In this document: one piece after another, positions 38,345-50,323 of the stretch
Numbering within the stretch: the stretch's first letter is position 1
Layout: every line of letters starts with the position of its first letter
NCBI GenBank assembly: GCA_965205015.1
Contig: OZ242029.1
Location: 1,536,001 to 1,600,000 of the forward strand
Length of the DNA stretch: 64,000 nucleotides
Direction of reading: 5' to 3'
Source of the DNA: Candidatus Poribacteria bacterium
GTDB lineage: Bacteria > Poribacteria > WGA-4E > WGA-3G
The notes under the pieces: model-generated
The model's input: the letters and a program-made list of their open reading frames with translations, nothing else
Told to the model about the DNA's origin: nothing
Database searches by the model: none
Position numbers and translations under genes: made by a program

Positions 38345-39214
38345 TTAATTAAACTCAACAATACCGCCTGTCCCTTTAAGTACCATGTCTGGTTTAAGCA
38401 GAATCTTCTCTTCGGGTTCCAACTTTAACCCAGTTGGATAGAGAACATAAGCGATTCTGAGCGGGAGATATTTACCTAAGTCGGCAAGTCTATCCATACG
38501 GCTCTTAAATATTTGCTGTTCACTCTGCTGGGTCTGATAGGCGTACCAATACTTGAGATACGATCCCACACGGTTGTTGAAAATAATTTTATTAGAGTTT
38601 GCATCAATGACTCTGACGCGGGTAAGCCCCCTGGCAGTAAGGCGGGTGCGGATATAGGTGGATGTACCGGAGATTCCGCCCTGTCTCCCCTGTTTCATGA
38701 GAAGTTGGTTGTAGTCCTGATTGGTTATCTTCGGTTCGTCCACACTTCCGATGATAACCATATCGGTGCCGAGCTCCTGTCCGAGTTTTGCTGCCAAAGC
38801 AGGATCTCCATAGACTTGCTCCGGTGTTAAGCCTAACTCCGTGAGTTTGTCTTTAACCGGTTGAACCTTGTTTGAGATGTCATAAACCCATTCTGCCTCT
38901 TTGAATATCAGTTCCAGACGGGTTGCGAGGTTTACGCCAATTCGTCCCGCTAACTTGTCAACGTCTTCTGATGCCCCTGTTTTCGCAAAGAATGGGACAA
39001 TTGCAATGCGCTTTGCATCACTAATCGGGGGTGGGGTATCAATATTATCATAACCATCACCACCATCACCACCAATACACCCTGTCATTGTGATGCAGAG
39101 AAGCGATATGAATAAAAGTGTAAAGAAACGTGCCACTGAAGTGTGCCTCCTATATTTTGGGCGTAACTTGAAAGCCAAATTTTTGTAGACTGGGTCAGAA
39201 ATTCTGTCTCCCAC
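38345..39214 (-). CDS. Lipoprotein of unknown function (CsgG/TolB-N-like fold possible)
   Basis: Hydrophobic stretch with MTGC lipobox. RIAIVPF...LGQELGTDMVIIGSV pattern. Start uncertain. Confidence 0.65.
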   Translation of the reverse strand: MGDRISDPVYKNLAFKLRPKYRRHTSVARFFTLLFISLLCITMTGCIGGDGGDGYDNIDTPPPISDAKRIAIVPFFAKTGASEDVDKLAGRIGVNLATRLELIFKEAEWVYDISNKVQPVKDKLTELGLTPEQVYGDPALAAKLGQELGTDMVIIGSVDEPKITNQDYNQLLMKQGRQGGISGTSTYIRTRLTARGLTRVRVIDANSNKIIFNNRVGSYLKYWYAYQTQQSEQQIFKSRMDRLADLGKYLPLRIAYVLYPTGLKLEPEEKILLKPDMVLKGTGGIVEFN

Positions 39215-39396
39215 CCCAATCTATAACCCGCGAGATTTCTGATGCGCTTGCGTCCACTTAAAAATCTCGTCGGCATGTTCGATGTCTTGGGCGCGAAGGG
39301 TTTCGGTTTCCTGACGATCAGATGGGTAAACCTGTTTCATTATGGGCGCGATGGCTTAATCGCGCCCATATATTGGAAACCGAACTGTGCCATCAA

Positions 39397-39419
39397 AGCA
39401 CAATTCGCTTGTGCCCTAC
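39397..39419 (-). repeat. GTAG-type REP
   Basis: GTAG-GGCACAA-GCGAA-TTGTGCT on the minus strand. Confidence 0.55.
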
Positions 39420-39464
39420 ATTTTACCAACAGCATACCATAAATTACAGAAATAAGTCAAGCCT

Positions 39465-40427
39465 TTAACCGATAGCCAATGCTCGAACTTCGCCAAATTC
39501 GTGATCAAGTTTGGTCCACGAATTGCCGGAATCTGTACTACGGTAGAGTTGTCCACTCACGCTGCAAGCGATAAGAAGGTCATCAAACTGCGGATTGTGA
39601 GCAAAACACCAGATTGTGCTATTTGCTGTTCTACCGATGTCCGCTCGGTTCCACGTCTTTCCAGCATCACGCGTCGAGAAGATCCCGCCTTGATCACCGG
39701 GAGGACCGTTCCCGGCACCGATAAAGACTTGACCGGCATCGCCGTTGAGGAAAAATGCTGCACGACAGTAGGGCCATGGATAGTGTGCCTTGACGTTTAG
39801 GGGTGTCCACTGTTGCCCCATGTCTGTCGTTACACAAACATCATTGTTTGTCGCAGCGATGATCGTTTTGGGTGAACCCGGAACCACGCAAAGCCCGTGG
39901 ATATCAAGGCTACTGAGCCCCTCACTACGCTCAACCCATGTGTCGCCACCATCTGTACTAAGGCGCATGCCATCAATCTCGATCCCAGCATAGAGCGTTT
40001 GCGAATCTTCGGGATCAACCACAAACGTCGTGACACGCGGAATAATCGGAACCCCTTCGCATTCTTGTGCGAGATCAGCGTTGAGTTGTTTCCAGTTATC
40101 ACCACCGTCAGTGGATTTGAAAAGCGCGGAAGGACACGTACCCGCGTAGAGGGTATCCGGCGTTCCTCGATCAATAGCGATTGCCCAAACTTCCAATTCA
40201 TCCATAGGACTTGAGAGACGATGCCATGATTCGGCGGCATTGTCTGATCGGAAGATACCTTTTTCGGTTCCGGCATAGAGAACGTCTGAGTTGCTTGGAT
40301 TAACTGCTATGGCGCGAACGTCGGCTTCAGGAAAAAGCTCATTACTCGCCCTGCGCCATGTGTCTCCGTTGTCAGTGCTGCGCCAGACGCTTTGTCCAAT
40401 GGTTCCGGCATAGAGTGTAGGTTGCAT
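39465..40427 (-). CDS. BNR/Asp-box beta-propeller protein (sortilin/GH74-like)
   Basis: Repeated S.D.G.(T/N)W Asp-boxes, LYAGT strands. Confidence 0.85.
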   Translation of the reverse strand: MQPTLYAGTIGQSVWRSTDNGDTWRRASNELFPEADVRAIAVNPSNSDVLYAGTEKGIFRSDNAAESWHRLSSPMDELEVWAIAIDRGTPDTLYAGTCPSALFKSTDGGDNWKQLNADLAQECEGVPIIPRVTTFVVDPEDSQTLYAGIEIDGMRLSTDGGDTWVERSEGLSSLDIHGLCVVPGSPKTIIAATNNDVCVTTDMGQQWTPLNVKAHYPWPYCRAAFFLNGDAGQVFIGAGNGPPGDQGGIFSTRDAGKTWNRADIGRTANSTIWCFAHNPQFDDLLIACSVSGQLYRSTDSGNSWTKLDHEFGEVRALAIG

Positions 40428-40477
40428 TTTTTAACTATGGCCTCCTGGACTGCCCTCCATTCAGGCAGGTTAGTTAA

Positions 40478-40586
40478 TGGCTATCGGCTATCGGATCGGG
40501 TTTTCTACGAAAAACCTTTCAGCGATCAGTAAGAACGTGTCGTTAAATGAAAACCTCTTTACTGACTACCGACTGCCGACTGCTAA
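40478..40586. repeat. Family 1 repeat
   Basis: ggctatcggctatcgg, GGTTTT..AAAACC hairpin, cctctttactgactaccgactgccgactgc. Confidence 0.8.
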
Positions 40587-42428
40587 TTAAAAATTGGTTA
40601 AGGATCCCGTGCCAACAAGCCTCGAATCAAGCGAAACTCTATATATCACAGACTTCGGTGCTATTTCCGGTTCAAGAAGGAACGAGAATCGATATAGGCG
40701 ATTATTCTGTAAGTCCTGTGTTATGAGATACATTGCTTGTGCTTCCCGATAAAGCCGTTCCGTCCTACCGTCGGAGATCATTAGCGTTAGCGTAGGCGTT
40801 AGCCCGACGAGGGGTTCACCCGATTCAGCGATGATGTCCCAGTAACGCGGATGCACGGGATTAGGAAGTGCAGCGGTAACAAACGTGATATGCGCGCCAC
40901 GGGTCGCACTATACTGATAGGTCGAACTTTGTGCATCGATGTTGATCGCTTCGACTTGCAAACTGGGAACAAGAATCACCTCTGCGGCAGTATTCGCTAA
41001 CACAAGGGAGCCGGTATTACCCGCTGACAACTTTATCTCCTTGATATCAACGGTACCGGTGTTATGAAATTCAATTGCATGAACAGCACTACTTGCTGGG
41101 GAATTACTTGAGAATCCAAGTGTTAATCCATTGGCATCTCTAAAACCGATATACGCCGCCGAAAAGTTGCGCAACTGCCCCTGCTGCGTGCCGCTCGGAT
41201 AAGCGTCATACCAACGGCTCGGTGCAAGAGAAAGTTCAATAGCACGATACTCAGATAAATAGTTAGCCAATTTCCATTCGATGAAGATGTCAGGAATCGT
41301 TTGGGTAATGCCTCGGGATGCAAGCGCATCTGAGATACCGGTGAGCGATGTGCCGCGATTCTGAACAATTTCGATGAGTGTTCCTATACCTCCGTATTGT
41401 TCGTGAAGATAGAGCATCCATAAGAAGGCAGCACCGTAGTGTGGCAGCGAGTCCGCGTTTCCCTCGGGCCACGTCACCAGTGAAATAGATGGCATTTTTT
41501 CAAATGCCGCTACATGTTCCCGCACAGAATAACCGCAGAGAAATGCGGCATACACTGCGCATCCTTCATCAACCCAGCTGATTTCTCTTGCATCATGACG
41601 CCAATTGAGGAGATGTTGAAATTCATGGGCAACGACATTGTGTGCTCTTTCACTGTTAGGGTTCAGAGGTTGTGTATCAATGTATAGTATCTCTGCTTCG
41701 TTACTACGAATTGGGAACCCTCGGAACCCTGGGTTTCGAAGTAAACCGCGTTGCTGGTCGGCTGGATTGAAAAAGCCCGCCGTGTAACGGTTCGCGGCGC
41801 GTCCGTCCTGAATATTAAGCAGCAGTAAGATAATCCTGCCGTTTCCATCAATATCTGGTGGGGCTCCGAAGAAATTCGTCAACGTCGGATAAATTCCTTG
41901 CTGTGGATTCGCTGGCGTGGCGGTATCAAAAGCCCGGATCATTGCCTGAACGGTTCCGGCGGTAACCCTTGTGTTCCATTCAGCTTCTTCAACGAAAACA
42001 TAGCAGAAACTGCCTATACCGCGGAGAACAGCAGAGACGGTGTACTGTTGCATGCTTCTGAAATCAGGAGCGAAGAAGGTCCGTTCTGTGCCAATTGGCA
42101 AAGCAGGCGCAGCAGGCAAGGCAGGAGCAGTGGGCTGTCGGAAACCCAGAGGTTTTTGCCTAACATCCTCTTGCGGGTGGCTGACCGCTGCCGGAAACCG
42201 ACCGCTATTTGATAGATGCGGTGTCCCGCAGAGATATGCCGAGCTGCTGTAGGAATACCCCAAAAGCAATAAGGCTATAAATAAAAACCTCGCAAGCGAC
42301 GTGGCAGTCGGTTTCCGTTGGCATTCTCCTGCAAGCCCACACGCGGAGACCTGCGTCGCCGTTAGTAAAGAAAGAAACCCCTGAAGTGTTGAGATGTGCA
42401 TTTTATCCACCCAGTCCGTCGTTAACAT
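40587..42428 (-). CDS. Secreted zinc metallopeptidase (M30/hyicolysin-like)
   Basis: CGTP pro-region, PDIDGNGRI, AHEFQH, WVDEGCA. Confidence 0.8.
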   Translation of the reverse strand: MLTTDWVDKMHISTLQGFLSLLTATQVSACGLAGECQRKPTATSLARFLFIALLLLGYSYSSSAYLCGTPHLSNSGRFPAAVSHPQEDVRQKPLGFRQPTAPALPAAPALPIGTERTFFAPDFRSMQQYTVSAVLRGIGSFCYVFVEEAEWNTRVTAGTVQAMIRAFDTATPANPQQGIYPTLTNFFGAPPDIDGNGRIILLLLNIQDGRAANRYTAGFFNPADQQRGLLRNPGFRGFPIRSNEAEILYIDTQPLNPNSERAHNVVAHEFQHLLNWRHDAREISWVDEGCAVYAAFLCGYSVREHVAAFEKMPSISLVTWPEGNADSLPHYGAAFLWMLYLHEQYGGIGTLIEIVQNRGTSLTGISDALASRGITQTIPDIFIEWKLANYLSEYRAIELSLAPSRWYDAYPSGTQQGQLRNFSAAYIGFRDANGLTLGFSSNSPASSAVHAIEFHNTGTVDIKEIKLSAGNTGSLVLANTAAEVILVPSLQVEAINIDAQSSTYQYSATRGAHITFVTAALPNPVHPRYWDIIAESGEPLVGLTPTLTLMISDGRTERLYREAQAMYLITQDLQNNRLYRFSFLLEPEIAPKSVIYRVSLDSRLVGTGSLTNF

Positions 42429-42456
42429 GGCTCAGGTTATATTACAGCAAGAATGG

Positions 42457-44205
42457 CTATCGGCTTTCGAGTGCATCGCTATCAACTGTCGGTTGATGGA
42501 AACCGTTGATCCCTGATTGCTGACGGCTTCTTTCAAGTCTCTGGCGTAGTTCAGCGTTGTTTGGTTCAAGAAGGATCGCTTGCTCCAAAGTTTGCAGAGC
42601 TTTCTGTTTCAAGCCTTTCCCGAGATAAGCGTCAGCGAGGTGCAAGAGAATTTCAGGGGCATCGGGTAGATAGTGGAGAGCCTGCTCCAGATTTTCTATA
42701 GCGGCATCAAGTTTCCCCTGTTTAAAGTAGATGAGTCCTAAGCTATCAAGATATGCTCCAGATTTCGGTACGCTTTTGAGTGCTCGGCGAACCAAAGCTG
42801 CGGCTTCATCTAAATTAATACCTTGTTCTGCATAGAGATATCCTAATGCGTTGTAGGCATCCGGCAATTCTTCTTCAGTAGATAACTCGATTGCTCGGCG
42901 AAGATAGATTTCCGCGCGTTTCACATCGTCTTGCATTTGATACGCCATTCCTATACCGGAGAGTGCGGGGACATATTTATCATTGACAGATAGAATCTTC
43001 GTGAAAGTTTGTACGGCTTTCCGGGGAACATTGAATTTGAGGTAAATTTGCCCGAGAGTGTAGCGTGCTTCTTGGATGCGGTTCGCTAATTCAATGCGCT
43101 CACTACTTCTGGTCCGGAAACCGGTGCGGGTGCGTTTTGCCCGTTCCTCCAGCAAATTAATGACACGCGTGATATGGAATTCAGATCGATCAAAATTATT
43201 TTGTGCCTGATATGCGAGGCCAATGCCGTGATGTGCTTCAATTTCAACTTCATTGACATTACGCGTAGTGCGCCCCCTTATACCATTAGTTTCCGACTGT
43301 CCTTCGAGCGGTGACAAAACGGAGAGGAACGTCTTTATCGCTGCAGGATAATCACCTGTTTGAAGATAAAGCTGCCCAAGCCGATTTCGAGCACTTTTTT
43401 GTTCGGGACGAATGGTGACAACTCTTTCATAGGACTGTAAAGCCTCATCAAGCCGATTTTGACTTCTATAGAGTTCGGCAAGTTCCCTATAATATCGGTC
43501 ATCATAAGGAATAATGCGTGTAAGTGCTTTGAAGGAGGTAATGGCAAGTTCAGTATCGCCGAGATCCCGTGCCATACTACCCAGGTAGCGGTAAGCCCTA
43601 TCATGGTCGGGATCTAACTCAACCACGCGGTTTAGAAGGTCAAACATCTTCTTTTGTGAGACATTGGGTATTCTACCACTTCTGTTCCGTTCCATATTAT
43701 AAATGAATCGGTTCGTCACTACTTGGGCAAGCACCCATGTTGCTTTTACATTTTCAGGATTAAGTTTAATGGCTATTGTAGCATCCTCTTCCGCACCTGT
43801 GGGATCTTGCAGTTTAGGAAACCGAAGTGACGCACGCTCGGCATAAATAAAACTTATCTCTCGGTCAGATAGAAGTCCGTTTTCGAGGATCGTAGTGGAT
43901 CCATCAATTTCCTCGATCAAGGCATCATAGAGAGCTTTGCTTTTCGGGATGCTGCGTTCCCCCGTTCTGTAGTATGCCGCCCACATCAGATTGGTATAGA
44001 GTTTTGCTATGTAGGTCATCTCCGTATTTAATCCTGTATCAGCATCAGAGAGTATCACCAATTCAGGGGTTTCCCCGCCCGTTTGCGCTTGCAAATTGGA
44101 GCCCGGAGGAAGACATATTGTGATTAAAACAAGGATCGAGATCCCTATGGATATGTTGCTCCGTTGGAGCAAAGGGCTTCCTTCTTGACAGGTAAAATAT
44201 TTCAT
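42457..44205 (-). CDS. Secreted TPR-repeat protein
   Basis: Signal peptide, many TPRs, C-terminal AYNALGY...AYLDSLG..YFKQG pattern. Confidence 0.85.
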   Translation of the reverse strand: MKYFTCQEGSPLLQRSNISIGISILVLITICLPPGSNLQAQTGGETPELVILSDADTGLNTEMTYIAKLYTNLMWAAYYRTGERSIPKSKALYDALIEEIDGSTTILENGLLSDREISFIYAERASLRFPKLQDPTGAEEDATIAIKLNPENVKATWVLAQVVTNRFIYNMERNRSGRIPNVSQKKMFDLLNRVVELDPDHDRAYRYLGSMARDLGDTELAITSFKALTRIIPYDDRYYRELAELYRSQNRLDEALQSYERVVTIRPEQKSARNRLGQLYLQTGDYPAAIKTFLSVLSPLEGQSETNGIRGRTTRNVNEVEIEAHHGIGLAYQAQNNFDRSEFHITRVINLLEERAKRTRTGFRTRSSERIELANRIQEARYTLGQIYLKFNVPRKAVQTFTKILSVNDKYVPALSGIGMAYQMQDDVKRAEIYLRRAIELSTEEELPDAYNALGYLYAEQGINLDEAAALVRRALKSVPKSGAYLDSLGLIYFKQGKLDAAIENLEQALHYLPDAPEILLHLADAYLGKGLKQKALQTLEQAILLEPNNAELRQRLERSRQQSGINGFHQPTVDSDALESR

Positions 44206-44227
44206 TTGATCCGCCTCATTTAGTTTA

Positions 44228-44380
44228 TAGTTGTCAGTACGGATTTTCTACGACAATCCTTTCAGTGGTCAGTCTTCAGTTAAGAGGGTTTCTGGTAACA
44301 ATCTTCCGACGTGTTGGAATACGCCAAGTTTTGGGTGAATTGTTACCGAACACCTCTTGTAACTGATAACTGATAACTAC
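44228..44380. repeat. Family 1 repeat
   Basis: ttgtcagtacGGATT..AATCCtttcagtggtcagtcttcagttAAGAGG...CCTCTTgtaactgataactgataac. Confidence 0.85.
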
Positions 44381-46911
44381 TCCAGTAGGGAGGATGAGAG
44401 TTCGATTTTGGCTGCGTCAACAAGTTTTTCGTCTGCTTGGAGTGCCATGATTCGCACGCCTTGGGTGTTCCGTCCGATACGTCGAATGTCACCGACCGCC
44501 GTCCGAGTGATATATCCATTTGAACTAATGAGAACAAGTTCATCAGCATTTGCGACGCGTTTTGCAGCGACGACCGCCCCATTTCGAGCAGATTTCCCGA
44601 TGGCGATAATGCCTTTTCCACCGCGTTTCTGAGAACGATATGCAGAGACTGCTGTCCGCTTACCGTACCCATTTTCTGTAACAATTAACAAAGTATCGTC
44701 TTCTCTGGAAGTGGCGGTTTCTTCTTCTGTTTCCGATGTCTCATTTTTAACAATAACCATTTGCGCAACGAAATCTTCCTCGCTGAGTTCTATTCCACGT
44801 ACACCTCGTGTGTTGCGTCCAAGAGGTCTCGCATCTTTTTCACTGAAACGAATAGCAACCCCTTTGTGGGTGACAAGAATGACATCGGCATTGCCGTCTG
44901 TTACTTGTGCCCCGATAAGTTTATCATCATCGCCGAGATTAACGGCGATAATACCACTCGACAGCGTGTTCTCGAAACTGGAAAGCTCTGTCTTTTTGAC
45001 AATACCTTGCTGCGTTGCCATGAAAACGAATGCATCCGCTGCGACCTCGCCGGCGTCTGCCCCCTGTACGGGCGAGGTTACCTCGCCCCTACGACTTAAG
45101 GTTTTGGGAGGGACTGTAACATAGGCTGTGATATTCTCGCCTTGTGATAAGCGGAGTAGGTTGACGACTGCGCGTCCGGCTGATTGGCGACTGGCTTCAG
45201 GAATTTGATGGACTTTTAGTGTATAACATTTGCCTAAATCTGTGAAGAACAAAATGTTCTGATGAGCAGTGGCGACAAAGATGTGTTCCAAAAAATCGCC
45301 ATCTTTTCGTGTAGCTCCCCGAATCCCAACGCCACCGCGATGCTGCTTCCGATAGGTGTCCATGGGAAGCCGTTTAATGTAACCCGCGTGGGATAGTGTG
45401 ACGACCATCTCTTCGTCAGCAATGAGATCTTCGACTTCAAATTCCTTGACTTCACCCGTAATTTCGGTGCGCCGCGCATCCCCATATTTCTCTTTAAGAG
45501 TTTCGAGTTCTGTTCGGATAATATCCGTTACCAACGTTTCGTCGGCAAGAATTGCGCGAAATTCGGCGATATGATCAAGGAGTTCTGTATATTCATCATG
45601 GATTCGCAGGCGTTCGAGTCCTGTCAGCTGCCGGAGCGTCATCGTGAGAATTTCTCTCGCTTGCTCCTGACTGAGTTGATAGGTCTCACGGAGTTCCGCT
45701 TCTGCTGCTTGTGGCGAGTCTGCCGTTTGAACGAGTTCTATGATTGCCTCGAGATTTTGCAGTGCCAGAAGGTATCCTTCTAAAATGTGATTTCTACGTT
45801 CAGCACGTGTGAGTTCAAATTGCGTCCGCCGCCGCACCACATCCCTGCGATGCTCGAGATAGTGTCTGAGGATTTCCTCAAGCGTCAGGACCTTCGGGAG
45901 CCCCTCCACAAGGCAGAGAAGGTTTGCACTGAAGTTCGTCTGCATCTGCGTGTGTTTATACAACTGATTCAGGATAACCTGTGCAATTTCACCGCGTTTG
46001 AGGGGTATAACGATGCGAATTTCCTCGTCTGACTCGTCTCGGATATCGGCGATTCCAGTAATGGTTTTGCTGACGACCAAGTCATACATCCGTTGTAACA
46101 GTTGATTTTTCTTTACCTGATACGGAATCTCGGTTATGACGATTTGCTCTCGGTCTCCTCCGCGCCCCGAAATTCTTTCTATGACTGCTTTCGCTCGGAT
46201 AGTGATGCTTCCTTTACCTGTAGTGTACATCTGCTGGATACCAGGGGTGCCAACAATAATACCTGCAGTAGGGAAGTCGGGCCCAAGGATGTGTTCCATG
46301 AGAACTTCTGAAGTGGCATCTGGATCCGTGAGTTGATGAAGTAGCGCGTCAACAACCTCAGTGAGGTTGTGCGGCGGTATTCGGGTCAGGTAACCCACAC
46401 CTATACCTGTTGTGCCATTGACGAGCAAATTCGGTAGTAGGCCCGGAAGGACTGTCGGTTCTTCGAGAGAGTCTTTATAATTCGGCTGAAAGTCAACGAC
46501 CTGCTTTTCAATGTCAGTGAGCATCTCACTGGCAATAACATCAAGCCGGCATTCCGTATAACGCATCGCACCCGGTGGGTCGTCGTCAATACTTCCGAAG
46601 TTACCCTGTCCGTCTATTAACGGATAGCGTATACTAAACTCTTGTGCTAAACCAACGAGCGTGCCGTAAATGGGACCATCACCGTGTGGATGATAGTTTT
46701 TCATCACCTCCCCGACAACAGCAGCGCATTTGTCATAAGGTCGGTTTGCAGTAAGATTTATCTGTCCCATCGCGTAGATAATTCGACGGGTACTCGGTTT
46801 GAGGCCATCGCGCACATCAGGGATCGCACGATTGGTGTTGACGCTCATTGCATAGGTAAGATACGATGTCGTCAGTTCGTTTTCTATATTGCGTTCTTGG
46901 ATGTTTTCCAT
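44377..46911 (-). CDS. gyrA: DNA gyrase subunit A
   Basis: RAIPDVRDGLKP, YHPHGD, AMRYTE, GyrA-box-like QHRGGVG, beta-pinwheel repeats. Confidence 0.97.
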   Translation of the reverse strand: MENIQERNIENELTTSYLTYAMSVNTNRAIPDVRDGLKPSTRRIIYAMGQINLTANRPYDKCAAVVGEVMKNYHPHGDGPIYGTLVGLAQEFSIRYPLIDGQGNFGSIDDDPPGAMRYTECRLDVIASEMLTDIEKQVVDFQPNYKDSLEEPTVLPGLLPNLLVNGTTGIGVGYLTRIPPHNLTEVVDALLHQLTDPDATSEVLMEHILGPDFPTAGIIVGTPGIQQMYTTGKGSITIRAKAVIERISGRGGDREQIVITEIPYQVKKNQLLQRMYDLVVSKTITGIADIRDESDEEIRIVIPLKRGEIAQVILNQLYKHTQMQTNFSANLLCLVEGLPKVLTLEEILRHYLEHRRDVVRRRTQFELTRAERRNHILEGYLLALQNLEAIIELVQTADSPQAAEAELRETYQLSQEQAREILTMTLRQLTGLERLRIHDEYTELLDHIAEFRAILADETLVTDIIRTELETLKEKYGDARRTEITGEVKEFEVEDLIADEEMVVTLSHAGYIKRLPMDTYRKQHRGGVGIRGATRKDGDFLEHIFVATAHQNILFFTDLGKCYTLKVHQIPEASRQSAGRAVVNLLRLSQGENITAYVTVPPKTLSRRGEVTSPVQGADAGEVAADAFVFMATQQGIVKKTELSSFENTLSSGIIAVNLGDDDKLIGAQVTDGNADVILVTHKGVAIRFSEKDARPLGRNTRGVRGIELSEEDFVAQMVIVKNETSETEEETATSREDDTLLIVTENGYGKRTAVSAYRSQKRGGKGIIAIGKSARNGAVVAAKRVANADELVLISSNGYITRTAVGDIRRIGRNTQGVRIMALQADEKLVDAAKIELSSSLLE
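45066..45092 (-). repeat. GTAG REP inside gyrA
   Basis: GTAG-GGGCGAGG-TAA-CCTCGCCC-GTAC, 27 bp, read in frame as RRGEVTSPV. Confidence 0.75.
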
Positions 46912-46968
46912 ATTTTTAACTATGGTCCTCTGGCCACCATGTACGATAGCCGATCTTTTTTTAAAAAA

Positions 46969-49485
<2,517 letters not shown>

Positions 49486-49672
49486 TTATGGTCCCTCGCT
49501 ATAAATGACCCTAACGGGTATGGTTTGCTTTGTAGTGAGAATTTTTAGTGGAGTTGGTACCCGTTTGTTGGAAAATTCCGTGTGTACCCCCTTACAAGTA
49601 CGTTACTTAACGTAATTAAGAGGAACGTTAGCAGGATCGCTAACGATTGCGTTTCCTCTTAGTGGTAAAGGT

Positions 49673-49702
49673 ATTATATCACTTTTTGGTGCTTTTTGTC
49701 AA
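49673..49702 (-). promoter_or_regulatory. Sigma-70 promoter of gyrBA
   Basis: TTGACA-N18-TATAAT with an extended -10 TG. Confidence 0.75.
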
Positions 49703-49768
49703 GGAAAAAGATGAACTTTTTCGCACGATACACGCGAGGCGAACCCAAATCTAAAGCGTTAGGAATTG

Positions 49769-50281
49769 TCAAGGTTTGTCCTTGCTTTGTGTCGTGAATA
49801 ATTGCCACAAAGATGCTTTTAGTTGAGGGTCAGACACGCTTGTGAGAGTTTGCTCAATTTTTTCTAGCTGGTCGGGTGTTACTTCTTGGTGGGTGTTACA
49901 GATGGTAGAATCTTCTTCTGATGTTTCTGGACTTGAGGGCGGGTCTTCAATTTTATGAAGTTCTGCCGTGTGAACTTGGTGTATTTCTATCCGAAGGTCG
50001 GTGAGAACGGGTTGTCCTAACTCAGCGTTTATGTCGGCTAAAATCCCCGGTTTATTGAGCAGGAGGCTCGATTTATAAGCGGGATATTCTGTGTAAATCT
50101 TCAGGATGCCATTTGACAACGATACGGGTACGGTGTTTGTAGCGAGTGGCGCAAGGTGTTTGTCCCCGCTGAGATATTCTCGCCAGAGAACAAAAACTTT
50201 GTGCTCAAGCACCTTAGGCTTAAAGTCGTCGGTTTCCATGAGTTCGGCAAGAAGATGATGTAAGTTTTGGCTTTTGTCCAT
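49769..50281 (-). CDS. dciA: DciA (DUF721) family protein
   Basis: W...LATNTVPVSLSNGILKI...L...ILADINAELG. Conserved position between recF and gyrB. Confidence 0.75.
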   Translation of the reverse strand: MDKSQNLHHLLAELMETDDFKPKVLEHKVFVLWREYLSGDKHLAPLATNTVPVSLSNGILKIYTEYPAYKSSLLLNKPGILADINAELGQPVLTDLRIEIHQVHTAELHKIEDPPSSPETSEEDSTICNTHQEVTPDQLEKIEQTLTSVSDPQLKASLWQLFTTQSKDKP

Positions 50282-50323
50282 TTTTTAAACTATTGACTTC
50301 TGAACGTGCTGTCCAGGGACCAA

